64,000 nt of DNA. Source: an uncultured Gemmatimonadales bacterium. GTDB lineage: Bacteria; Gemmatimonadota; Gemmatimonadetes; Gemmatimonadales; Gemmatimonadaceae. The translations under genes and the position numbers were made by a program. Where the stretch lies: positions 2,624,001-2,688,000 of the forward strand of contig CAWKMU010000003.1 in the NCBI GenBank assembly GCA_963850905.1, given 5' to 3'. The notes below the pieces were generated by a model. That model had not been told where the DNA came from. It made no database searches and was given only the letters and a program-made list of their open reading frames with translations. This document shows positions 1 to 9,085 of the stretch, in pieces. How positions within the stretch are numbered: the first letter of the stretch is position 1; each line of letters starts with the position of its first letter.

Positions 1-1187
1 ACGGGTTGTCGTCGTACGTGTAGGCGTTGTGGTCGTCGTAGATGTCGACGGATCGGTACGCGCGGAAGTCGACCGGATCGGGACACAACGCCCATGCGCC
101 GTTGTAGTCATCCGGATACATCACCTGCACCCCGAGTGTCTCCCATCCACCGGTCGAGCCGCCGACCATCACGCGCGCCCAGCCCTGCCCAATGCCCCGA
201 TACTGCTTTTCAATGTAGGGGATGAGCTCATAGGTGATCGCATCGCCGTACGGGCCGTTGTTCGCGGAATTGACGGCGTACGAATCATCGAAGTACGGCG
301 TCGGGTGTTGGATCAGGAGTTGAATCATCCGCGGGAAACGCGGGCCATTCCAATCCTTGTAGAGCTGGTACGAGAGCTGTTGGACTTCCAGCTGTTGTCC
401 GGTGGCTTTCGGGTCTGGCGGCGTTTCTCGCCAGGGGGAGAGGGTCTTGGGAAAGTGCCCGTGGTTGACGAGAAGCGGGTAGTGCGCGTGTGGGTGCGTG
501 TCCCATCCAGCGGGGAGCAAGACGATCGCACCGAGGTACATGGGTCGGCCCCAGAACTTCGTCAGCCGGTCGCTCTGAAACTTGATGTACTTGACCTGCT
601 TCGAGTCCTGCGGTGGCTGGATTGGAGGGGATGACCTGATCCATCGAGATGCTGATCGCCGAGCTGCTCGCCGGGTCGACGTGCATCTTCACAGGCTTGC
701 TGTAGAAGTTGCCCGGCTTCGTCGACCAGCTCTGACCCTCTCCCATGTCCGGCGGCAGCTTCACGGTCTTGCCGTCGCTCCAATGAAAGGTCTCGAACCG
801 GTTGAACAAGGCCTGCACCCAATAGTCCCCGGGTGGGATGTCCTTGAGGCTGCGGGCCGGGAACCCGAAGACGGTATCACTGATGATTGCCGCTTCTCCG
901 GGCTTCAGGCTGTCGACGTCGATCCCGAATATCGGACGGGTGGAGTTGGCACGATACTCGTCCGACTGGAACCGCGGTTCTTTCGTGCTATCGTCGGAGA
1001 TGAACAGGAGCACTCGACCGTCCAGCGGTGTCGCGCTGCGCTCCGCCGGAAAGGAGATCGCGAACGTGAGCGGAGCGTGGTCGCTGCGCGCACAGCCGGC
1101 GAGCCCGCCAAGGGTGGCGAAGATAAGCGGGGCGACCGCGCCGGCGGCCAAACTACGGTGCCCGTGTTGACCTGCACGCGACAGCAT
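1..1187 (-). CDS. Lipoprotein esterase / alpha-beta hydrolase; runs off the window start; frameshift ~627-630
   Basis: Lipobox LAGC. After removing one C the frame continues QPPQDSKQVKYIKFQSDRLTKFWGRPMYLGA...YFDDSYAVNSANNGPYGDA...VGGSTGGWETL (GxSxG nucleophile motif). Confidence 0.75.
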
Positions 1188-1268
1188 GATGCAAGCTCCT
1201 CGAGGCCAGAGTCAGCCGAACTTACCTCCCGCGGTCGACGACGACAACGCACCACTCCCGCCGGCGCC

Positions 1269-1324
1269 GGCGCCACAGCGTGTGGCGCCTACGTAGTAGC
1301 AGGGACGCCACTCTGGCGGTTCCT
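1269..1324. repeat. Back-to-back GTAG-type REP-like hairpins (variant family)
   Basis: Minus strand GTAG-GCGCCACA-cgc-TGTGGCGCC; plus strand GTAGC-AGGGACGCCA-ctc-TGGCGGTTCCT. Lies between divergent genes. Confidence 0.45.
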
Positions 1325-1395
1325 CAAGGGGGGCCATATGCTGTTGCCCCCAAGCTCCGAGCGGGCCGCCCAACGCAGGTTCACAGTGGTGATAC

Positions 1396-3106
1396 ATGCG
1401 TCTCGATATGGCCGTTTCTCCCGCGGTCCCCCCGACCCACCTGTCCCCGGTTGCCACGCCAGCGGCTAGGCCGCGCCCGACATCCGCTGTCGCGAGCGAA
1501 CCCACGGACCCGCGCGTCGCGGCATTCGCTCGTGATGGCTTCCTGGGACCTATACGCCTTTTCACACCCTCCGAATGTCGGCGGATCGCGGGGTACCTGC
1601 ACTGGGGCGGCCAGCCAACGCCACCGGACTGGGAAAAGGGACGCGCGGTACGCGAGCGGTTCATCTTCGAGCTGGCGACGTGCCCCGCGCTGCTCTCAAC
1701 CGTGTCGACGGTTCTTGGCGAGGATGTCGTGCTGTGGGGTGCGAGCTCGTTGTTGCGAGCGCCCGGGGTGAGCCACCCATGGCACACGGACATCGAGTCC
1801 GGCGCGCCCGAAGGCGGGTTCGTCACGGCGTGGATCGGCGTGGAGCACACGACACGCGAGTCGGCTCTTCAATTGATCACGGGGACGCACCGGCTTGGCT
1901 TGACGGTGCAGGAAGCGCGGCTGGAACGAAGGCTTCATCGAGACCAGGCGACGGCGGATGTGCTGCTCGAGGCAGCGCGCGAGCGAGACCCCGCCGCAGC
2001 GCTCGTGCAACCCGACATGACGAACGGCGATGCCATCTTGTTCGACGGACGCCTGTGGCACGGATCGTTCAACGGTCGCAAACCGTGGTCGGCGGCTCGC
2101 GCTCTTGTTCCAGTACGCGAGAGCGACGAGTGTCGTGCGCATCCCCGACTTCGAGCAACTCGAGTGGCCATTTCGATTTCGTGCCGCTCCACGTCCGTCG
2201 GTCATTGTCGTATCCGGCACCGCATCCAGCGAGAACAACCGCATCGTTTCGCCGCCGATTCCTCCGCCCCTTGGTCGCCAGATGGTCACAACCGCGATTT
2301 ATCCGATCGCCCTGCCCGTCGAGGATCCGCGGCAGCAGTGGCAGGGCTTCGAAGTGCTCTGCGGCCCGACGACGATCTTCGCCGAGATGAGCAGCCATGC
2401 ATCAGTGCTGATGCCAGGCCATGTGCCGCACGCACCCCACGCTCACGCCGAAGAAGAGGTGATCATCCCGCTCTACGGTGAGCCGGAGGTGGTGATCGCC
2501 AATGGGCCGGACGATCCTCATCCGCGCATCGAGCGCGTCGAGCCGGGGAGCGTCGCGTATTACCCTGGCGGCCAATACCATACGATCCGTGCGGCGGGAC
2601 CGCGTGCCGCCGCGTATCTGATTTTCAAGTGGCGCGCCCGCGCGAGTCAGCAACCCACTGGCAGCCCCCGATTGGGCACCAGCATTTGGCGCAACATCGA
2701 CACCGGGGGACTCGACGCATCCGCGCCCATCCACATGCGTCGACTGTTCGAGGGCCCAACGAGCTTCCTCGGCAAGCTGCACGCGCACATGACGACACTG
2801 CAGCCGGGGGCGGGCTATGCGCCTCACGTCGATGCCTACGACGTGGCGATCCTCACGCTAGCGGGGACGGTCGAGACGCTCAGCGAGCGAGTCGAAGCCA
2901 ACAGCGTCATTTACTACGCGGCCGGCGAGCCGCACGGGATGCGCAACGTCGGCAACAGTGTCGCCCGCTATCTGGTGTTCGAGTTTCACGCGCCCGGCCT
3001 GACGGCGATAGCGGGCGGGCCATACTATCGACGCCAGGCTGCCCGGGCGGTTCGGGTCGGCAAGCGCGTCGCGCGGGCGGTGTTGCGCCGAGTGCGCGGT
3101 GACTGA
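1396..3106 (+). CDS. Phytanoyl-CoA dioxygenase (PhyH)-family Fe/2OG domain fused to two cupin domains; frameshift ~2080
   Basis: WHTD and distal WHGS iron ligands. The second frame has RRLALLFQY, then cupin motifs PHAPHAHAEEE...YHTIR and APHVDAYD...PHGMRN. Confidence 0.7.
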
Positions 3107-3115
3107 CGAGCGTGG

Positions 3116-3976
3116 CTACGGCTTGTGCACCGCCGGGTACAGCAGGGTGACCTGCATCCGTACCTGATTGCGTCCCGCGCTCGGAGGCGCAATCACATTG
3201 TTGTAATACTGGAGGGCCAGACTGATGGGGCGCGTACCGATCGCGGTCACCTTGGAGACCCCCAGGCCCCATGGCACGGTCCACTGGTGGGCGCCCGGCG
3301 CGCTGAAGTTCGCGCTGATGAGCGGGGCTGACGAGATCGACCAGCCAATGCCGAAGTTGTAGTTGATGAAGTACTGGAAGCTGAAGGCATTGACCTCCGT
3401 GCTCCCTCCCGGACCCGCGTACGTCCAGAGTTGGGTCGCAAGCGCACCGATGACCCATGGGCCGGGCGTCGCGAGCACGACGAGCGCTGGACCCGCTGCG
3501 AAATCTCCTGTGGCCAGCAGTGCGTTCGTCGCGGTGGGAAACGACAACACTGGTCCGATGCCCCAGATGATCTTCCCGGGTTTGGACGGTGACAGGAAGA
3601 TCTGCGCCTGGATGTCGGCAATCCCACTGGACGTCGATCCGCTGCCAGTGGGAATGCTGACGAAGGGCACGATCGTTCGGACAATGAGGTCGTAGCCGGT
3701 TACCGTCTTGATCGGCACAACGGGTTGAAAGTTGAGCACCATCTGCGTTTGCTTCTGGAGGCCGCCGCCCGAATAGAAGTTGAATTGAAAGGGCAGCGAC
3801 GTCAGATCGCTCACCGGGTTCTGCGTCTTTTTGGCCAGCGCGGTCGCGTCGGGCGGCGTTTCGTCCTGTGCGTGCACCGTCGTGGTAGCAAGACCGAGCG
3901 CAGCGATCGCCACCCACGCCGCCTGTCGTCGCAGCCGCGGTCGTAGTCGCCGGCTTGCAATCGCTCTTCCGATCAC
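3116..3976 (-). CDS. Secreted putative outer-membrane beta-barrel protein (start uncertain)
   Basis: Signal peptide ending VHAQ; LAKKTQNPVSDLTSLPFQ start motif; alternating beta strands; WTVPWGLGVSKV; C-terminal VRMQVTLLYP. Confidence 0.65.
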   Translation of the reverse strand: MIGRAIASRRLRPRLRRQAAWVAIAALGLATTTVHAQDETPPDATALAKKTQNPVSDLTSLPFQFNFYSGGGLQKQTQMVLNFQPVVPIKTVTGYDLIVRTIVPFVSIPTGSGSTSSGIADIQAQIFLSPSKPGKIIWGIGPVLSFPTATNALLATGDFAAGPALVVLATPGPWVIGALATQLWTYAGPGGSTEVNAFSFQYFINYNFGIGWSISSAPLISANFSAPGAHQWTVPWGLGVSKVTAIGTRPISLALQYYNNVIAPPSAGRNQVRMQVTLLYPAVHKP

Positions 3977-4116
3977 ACGAGAGATCTCGCAATGATGCGG
4001 CCAGTCACTTCCGTGTGAATGGTTGCCCATGAGGGGGAGCGTAGGCGCTCGCACAACGTGCAACCATTCCACCTAGGTCGACCGCTACCGCACCGACGAG
4101 CTCATGGCGGCGCGCG

Positions 4117-4141
4117 GTAGGGGCGACGCCATGCGTCGCCC
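4117..4141 (+). repeat. GTAG-family REP
   Basis: GTAG-GGGCGACGC-cat-GCGTCGCCC; four more copies in the window. Confidence 0.8.
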
Positions 4142-4268
4142 GCCGTTGTCCTTGAAACGCGCTAGGGCCAGCGGCGATCAGTCCGCCGCTGGCCCTAGGA
4201 TGTGCCCCGTCGCACCCGTCCTCTCCGCTTCCCGTTACCCCCGGCACGACCAGGGCACGCGTGCAGCC

Positions 4269-4631
4269 TCACTCATGACTATGCTCTTCCTCTGCGTCTC
4301 CGCCCATCGCTCCCGTCGCCACGGAGGCCAGGATCGCTCCAGCCGCGAAGATCGCCAGTGCGGCGCGAACCCGCCGTTGTACCACCCGGCGCCGGATCCT
4401 ACGCCTCACGATGGCCCGTCCGATCGGGTGCCGCCCGCGAAAGCCGCGGTCACCGCGACCTTCGTCTTCGTCGTACTCCTCCCGCGCTTCCTGCACTCTA
4501 TCGCGCGCTGCCTCCAGCGCGTCTCCCAGGCGGTCAACCGCTTCTTTCCTCAGCTCGGACCTCAGCGATTCGCGGAGGGCCTCTCGGACCGTTTCGGTTT
4601 CCGGCATTGGTGGATTCCTCGGGCTAATCAT
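4269..4631 (-). CDS. Hypothetical protein with charged helical N-terminus and one C-terminal TM segment (start possibly ATG 4607)
   Basis: Coherent ORF; AGGA upstream of ATG 4607; hydrophobic AALAIFAAGAILASVATGA. Confidence 0.55.
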   Translation of the reverse strand: MISPRNPPMPETETVREALRESLRSELRKEAVDRLGDALEAARDRVQEAREEYDEDEGRGDRGFRGRHPIGRAIVRRRIRRRVVQRRVRAALAIFAAGAILASVATGAMGGDAEEEHSHE

Positions 4632-4935
4632 GGGGAGCTACCTCAAATCGACGACGGTGCTCGTTCGCGTTAGGCACGCAAGTGGTTGAGCACGGTCGCG
4701 CCCTGCACACTGGCCAATGTTGCCTCGCTGCCACAGGGGATCTACTTCGACCATGGGATGATTGACCGGTGGAAATGGCGCAGGGAGGACGCGCCGCGGC
4801 CGCTTCGTACATAGCCGCGCCCTATGAGCTCGCTCGAAACAAAGTATTGGAGGCCCGCCGCGTTCCGGCATAGGATCTCTGTCAGTTACCAAGCCCGGTC
4901 GCGCACAGGACGCTCTACGCCCTCTCGGAGGATCC

Positions 4936-5298
4936 ATGAAGACGCTCCGCTATCTGCTCGCCGCGTCAATGCTGGTCGGTGCCCACGCAGTGCTGGCGCA
5001 GGCCCCAACTGCGGCCAACGCGGTCGCACCGAAGCCCGGCAAGAACCAGTCGAACGGGGAGATCGCCACCGCGAAAAACAGCGTCCCCTGCCAGCACATC
5101 ATTGCCGAGTGCAAGCAACTCGGATACATCGTGGGGCAGGCCCCGAAGGACAATGGCCTGTGGAAGGACTGCTTCAACCCCGTCGTGAAGGGGCACCAGC
5201 CCACGCGAGATGGCGCGCAGGTGACGGTGCCGGTGAACCCGTCGGACGTGCAGGCCTGTCGCGCGGCTGTATTCCCGAACGGGGTGAAGAATGGCTGA
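4936..5298 (+). CDS. Small secreted protein with four Cys
   Basis: GGAGGA RBS; signal peptide ending VLAQ; strong GC3 codon bias. Confidence 0.75.
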   Translation: MKTLRYLLAASMLVGAHAVLAQAPTAANAVAPKPGKNQSNGEIATAKNSVPCQHIIAECKQLGYIVGQAPKDNGLWKDCFNPVVKGHQPTRDGAQVTVPVNPSDVQACRAAVFPNGVKNG

Positions 5299-5304
5299 GA
5301 GGCG

Positions 5305-5420
5305 AGACGCTGGACGTTAGACGTTGGACGTTGGAGAAGAAACTTCGAGGGCCAGCGACAGTGCGTCGATCTGGCCCTCAGGTTTGTTCTCTAGCGTCCA
5401 GCGTCTAACGTCCAGCGTCT
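5305..5420. repeat. Inverted heptamer-repeat element ((T(G/A)GACG(C/T))n arms with central hairpin), probable bidirectional terminator
   Basis: Left arm agacgctggacgttagacgttggacgttggagaagaaactt nearly equals the reverse complement of 5380-5420. Inner stem GAGGGCCAG/CTGGCCCTC. Lies between convergent genes. Confidence 0.85.
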
Positions 5421-5956
5421 AGCGCAGCTGGTATAGCAAATCATCCTCTACCCGGTAGAGGAGCGGCACGACGGTGATCCGCGGATAGAGTTTTCGGAGG
5501 CGTGCGGCCTCCTGGATCACGAATTCGATTTCGTCGTTGATTGCGAACTTCGGCACACTCGCCGCGTAGTGCTTCTCCGCGCGCGCCTGATCCCACCCGG
5601 CGTGGTCGACGAGGCCGCGGACGAACTGGTCACGCATTCTGCGCGACCCGGGTCATGTAGCAGTCGGTATGGGCGATCAGCACGATCGTCCGGACGCCAC
5701 CAATGGCGATCGCGAGTGAGATGCGAAACTCGTTGTCGCGCATGTTCGCGCCCGCCGTCCTCAGGACGAAGGCGAAATCCGGCGGAATGCGGAGCGCTTT
5801 CCGGCTGTCCATGCACATGCCGATGAGGAGCTGCCGGCCAGGCCCCGAGCCGAGGGCCCGGTCCAGGTTGTGGTACTCGAGCAGGAGTGACACCGGCGTG
5901 CCCGCGTACTCGGGGAGGATGTCGGACCGGTAGTTGACCGGGATGATGTCTGGCAT
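5419..5956 (-). CDS. Beta-class carbonic anhydrase; frameshift ~5638
   Basis: CMDSR and HTDC zinc-ligand motifs, RTAGA; C-terminal PLLYRVEDDLLYQL in the adjacent frame. Confidence 0.8.
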
Positions 5957-5995
5957 GCGCACAACCTAGCGACACCGACCGCGGACTCTGAAGGC

Positions 5996-6586
5996 CTATT
6001 TCCTGGGCGGCGGCGGACGGCCTGCTGGCGGCGGAGTGCCCGGTCCCGTGGTGTTGCCCGACGACGCGGTCGGGAGGGTGTACTGAATCTGCTTATAGGC
6101 AAACGTGATGACCGCGGGAGAGCCGGACGCCGCGGACGCGATGTTGACGCCCTTCATTACGTACGTCGCCATCGTCTGGCCGCCCGCTCCGATCGCGGTC
6201 AGCTTGAGTTGGCACATGAGTGCCAACAGCGGGGAGTTGCACGGCTGGCCGCGCGTCGTGTTGCTGATCAGTTGGTCGTCGTTCGCGAAGGTCACGATCA
6301 CCCTGCCCGGGCTGCTGCTTTCGCCAGACGCGAGCGGGGGGGACGCACCTGTCCGTTCCGGCGGCGCCAGGCCCGGGATGGCGAGGTCGGTGAACTCGGC
6401 CGTGGCCGCATTGCCGAGCGAGAGGGCGCCCGATTGCGTCGTGAAGGTCACCGCGACCGGGCCGACGCCAGGCGATGCGCCCGGCGTCACCGGTGTGTGG
6501 AACCCCTGGGCAGGCAATCCGAGAGCGACGACGGCTGCAACCGCAGTCGCGCGACAACCAGCGAGCAGCGGGGCTCGTGTGCGCAT
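5996..6586 (-). CDS. Secreted hypothetical protein, weak Hcp/tail-tube-like pattern, Pro-rich tail
   Basis: GGAGGT RBS before ATG 6586; signal peptide; ...SPLL...TYVMKGVNIAS...VITFAYKQIQYT. Confidence 0.6.
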   Translation of the reverse strand: MRTRAPLLAGCRATAVAAVVALGLPAQGFHTPVTPGASPGVGPVAVTFTTQSGALSLGNAATAEFTDLAIPGLAPPERTGASPPLASGESSSPGRVIVTFANDDQLISNTTRGQPCNSPLLALMCQLKLTAIGAGGQTMATYVMKGVNIASAASGSPAVITFAYKQIQYTLPTASSGNTTGPGTPPPAGRPPPPRK

Positions 6587-6973
6587 CCCTACCTCCAAAG
6601 TGGCGCCGTTTGGCCCGCGGCTCGAGGTATCTGTCAGCAGCGCAACGGGAGTACCCGTCTGCGCGGACCGGAAGGGACATTGCCGAGCCGTGGTCGCGGC
6701 GTCCAATACTTCGTTCCGAGGTCAGCGATAGGTGAGGGCTATCACTTGTTCCTGCCAGTTTGTCGGCCCATTCACTCGCCGAGCGTGCTTCGCTTCGCCA
6801 GGATTAATTCGTCACAAAACGTACTAAGTATTGGACTTTCTGCGACGAAACCGAACGGTCCAGGCGTCCGTCGTTGGGGTGCGATGAGTGGTGTTGTGCG
6901 CAGCGCGCCGAGCCAAGGATGATAGTATCATCCCGATGCTTATCTGCGCCCCCGAAACCGGGGCCGTATCGCC

Positions 6974-7261
6974 CTAACGCTTTGCGGGCGCTTGAGGAAC
7001 TGGGGCGACACACATGACGCTGTCGTAGCTCTTTCCCTCGCCGATCGTGATCACGGTCCCAGGAGCGTAAGCCGGAGATGTGTCCGGAAGCTCGCAACCA
7101 CAGCGCACGCACCGCTGCCGGCCGCTCGCATCAGGAATCCCGGCTGTGTGCAGTACCGGGCGGGGGCGGCTTTTCTCCGGCGGATTGGCGGGGTCGTACC
7201 GGGGAATGGCCTCCCACGTCCGTGGGTCGAAGCTGCCAGGTCTTCGATCGTCGTGGCTCAT
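6974..7261 (-). CDS. Small hypothetical protein with CxxC (possible metal binding)
   Basis: ORF MSHDDRR...LH...QRCVRCGCEL...VMC; no recognisable family. Confidence 0.35.
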   Translation of the reverse strand: MSHDDRRPGSFDPRTWEAIPRYDPANPPEKSRPRPVLHTAGIPDASGRQRCVRCGCELPDTSPAYAPGTVITIGEGKSYDSVMCVAPVPQAPAKR

Positions 7262-7670
7262 CGCGACCCACTGAGGGAACGCCAGGGAGGGAACGAGGGG
7301 CGCCGCATCTAACCACTGACGTCCGGACTCGCCGCGTGTCACGACTCGCCCGCGTGCGACCCCCGCAGGACTCACTGTTGAAGGTCCCGGGAAGGGGTTC
7401 AGCGTTCGAGGGCCGGCCGCGCGTCAATGCTGCTGCCCCTCAATCGTTCCTCTAAGTGTGCAATAGAGACGAAAGGCTTGCCTGCGGCCCGATCGACGTC
7501 GCGGCGAACGTACGGAGGCCAACAGGCGTGCCGACACACGAGTATGCTTTCCGAGCCAAGACCGGCGGCCGTCGGGATCGCGAGCAGGTCTGATGATGCG
7601 CGTATCTTTCAGGACAACGTCAACAGTCGCAACGGGACAACCCGCTGGGACACAGGCACACACCTTTGTG

Positions 7671-8795
7671 ATGATCGAACTACCGATGCTCCGTTCTTGC
7701 CGCCGCGCTGCACTCGGCGTCGTCCTGGCCGTTTCGAGCCTCCTGACAGGCAGCGCGCTGCGCGCCCAGACCTCCGCGGGGAAGGTCGCGGCGTACGGCG
7801 TCGGCGATTCGATGCTCGTCGGACACCTTACGGGCCAATGGTACGACATCAATGTAGTCAACCGGCGGCTCTTCGGCGCTGGGAATACAATTATCGACAT
7901 CGACCAGCTGCGCGTGATTGGGCACATCGCCGACAGCACGCCCGGGGCGGTGTATTTCGTCGCCGCCGAGGACGAACGCGGCCTGACGAGCACCGGCGTG
8001 GTCTTCAACCCGACCACCGGCGCCGTCGGTGAGCACATGCCGATCCACGGCGATGGCATTGCGTACGAGCCCGAGACCCGACGGGCACTCCTGCTCGGGG
8101 ACACGATCCGAGTCGTCAACCTCGCGCCGTCGCTGCAGGCGTTCCCTATGATGCAGCGACCGCGGTCGGGCCAGGGCGGCATGGGTGGTGGCTATGGCCA
8201 GCCAATGGGGATGAACCAGGATCCCCGGCGCGACACGGTCGTCCGTCGGTTGCCGCCCGTGCGACTGACCGCGACCATTGTCGGTGAGATACCGCTCCCG
8301 TCGGCGGCCGTGGCGGGGGTCGCGGACGGCGCTGGCCACGTGTATGTCGCGGTGCCTGGTGTCGACAGCGTGCTGAAGATCAATGGCGACAAGCTACGGG
8401 TGGTAGGTGGTCGCCCCGTGTCCCCGTGCAGGGCGCCCTCGGCTCTCGCGATCGACAACGTCCATCAGCGACTGTTCGTGGGGTGCGACTCGGGACTCAT
8501 CGTACTGTCGCTCAGCGATGGTCACGTGTCTGGGCAACTCGCCACCGGCGGGCATCCGACGGAGATCGCCTTCAATGTCGGAGCGGGCCTGCTCTTTGTC
8601 GCTGGCGGCGATCACGGCATCGACATCGTGCACGAGGACAATCCGGAGCACTACAGCATCGTGCAGACTGTCTCGGATCCGCGCGTCGTGGGCGCGAGCG
8701 CGCTCGTGCTGGATCCCACGACACATCGTGTATTCGTACCGCGCATCGGCGCGGACGGGATGCTCCGCCTCTGGATCCTCGAACCGCAGTTCTAA
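7671..8795 (+). CDS. YncE/YVTN-type beta-propeller, secreted
   Basis: Signal peptide ending LRAQ; blades DGIAYEPETRR, ADGAGHVYVA, PCRAPSALAIDNVHQRLFVGC, LDPTTHRVFV. Confidence 0.8.
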   Translation: MIELPMLRSCRRAALGVVLAVSSLLTGSALRAQTSAGKVAAYGVGDSMLVGHLTGQWYDINVVNRRLFGAGNTIIDIDQLRVIGHIADSTPGAVYFVAAEDERGLTSTGVVFNPTTGAVGEHMPIHGDGIAYEPETRRALLLGDTIRVVNLAPSLQAFPMMQRPRSGQGGMGGGYGQPMGMNQDPRRDTVVRRLPPVRLTATIVGEIPLPSAAVAGVADGAGHVYVAVPGVDSVLKINGDKLRVVGGRPVSPCRAPSALAIDNVHQRLFVGCDSGLIVLSLSDGHVSGQLATGGHPTEIAFNVGAGLLFVAGGDHGIDIVHEDNPEHYSIVQTVSDPRVVGASALVLDPTTHRVFVPRIGADGMLRLWILEPQF

Positions 8796-8974
8796 GGGTG
8801 CGCGGCAGGCGCCTCGACCACCTTTTCCACGGTGATGGTGAGGTCTGGGTGGCGTGAGCGCCCGACCTTCATAGCGTCGCGGACTGCGGCGATCGCACGG
8901 CGACCGAAGTCGTGCCCAGGCTCGTCGTCGCCTTCGACTGACACCGTGAGCAGCAGTTGAATGGCCTTCTGCAT
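8792..8974 (-). CDS. Small hypothetical protein
   Basis: MQKAIQLLLTVSVEGDDEPGHDFGRRAIAAVRDAM...; TACCTT 8 nt upstream of the ATG; stop overlaps the convergent gene. Confidence 0.55.
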   Translation of the reverse strand: MQKAIQLLLTVSVEGDDEPGHDFGRRAIAAVRDAMKVGRSRHPDLTITVEKVVEAPAAHP

Positions 8975-9085
8975 GACGATCAAAGGTAGAGCGCGATGTC
9001 GTCGGCTGCGAGAGGAGGCGGGCGTGGATCTTCGCGCCCGTGTACTCCCTAACTCCTAACCCCCGGTCCTGACTACCTTGCCAGG

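Noticed and set aside
4705..4725. Sigma54 promoter TGGC...TTGC
   Set aside because: GG and GC are 8 nt apart, not the required 10.
7262..7670. Riboswitch in long intergenic regions (also 4632-4935, 6587-6973, 34340-34538)
   Set aside because: No recognisable c-di-GMP, cobalamin, TPP, SAM or FMN consensus by eye; an Rfam scan would settle it.
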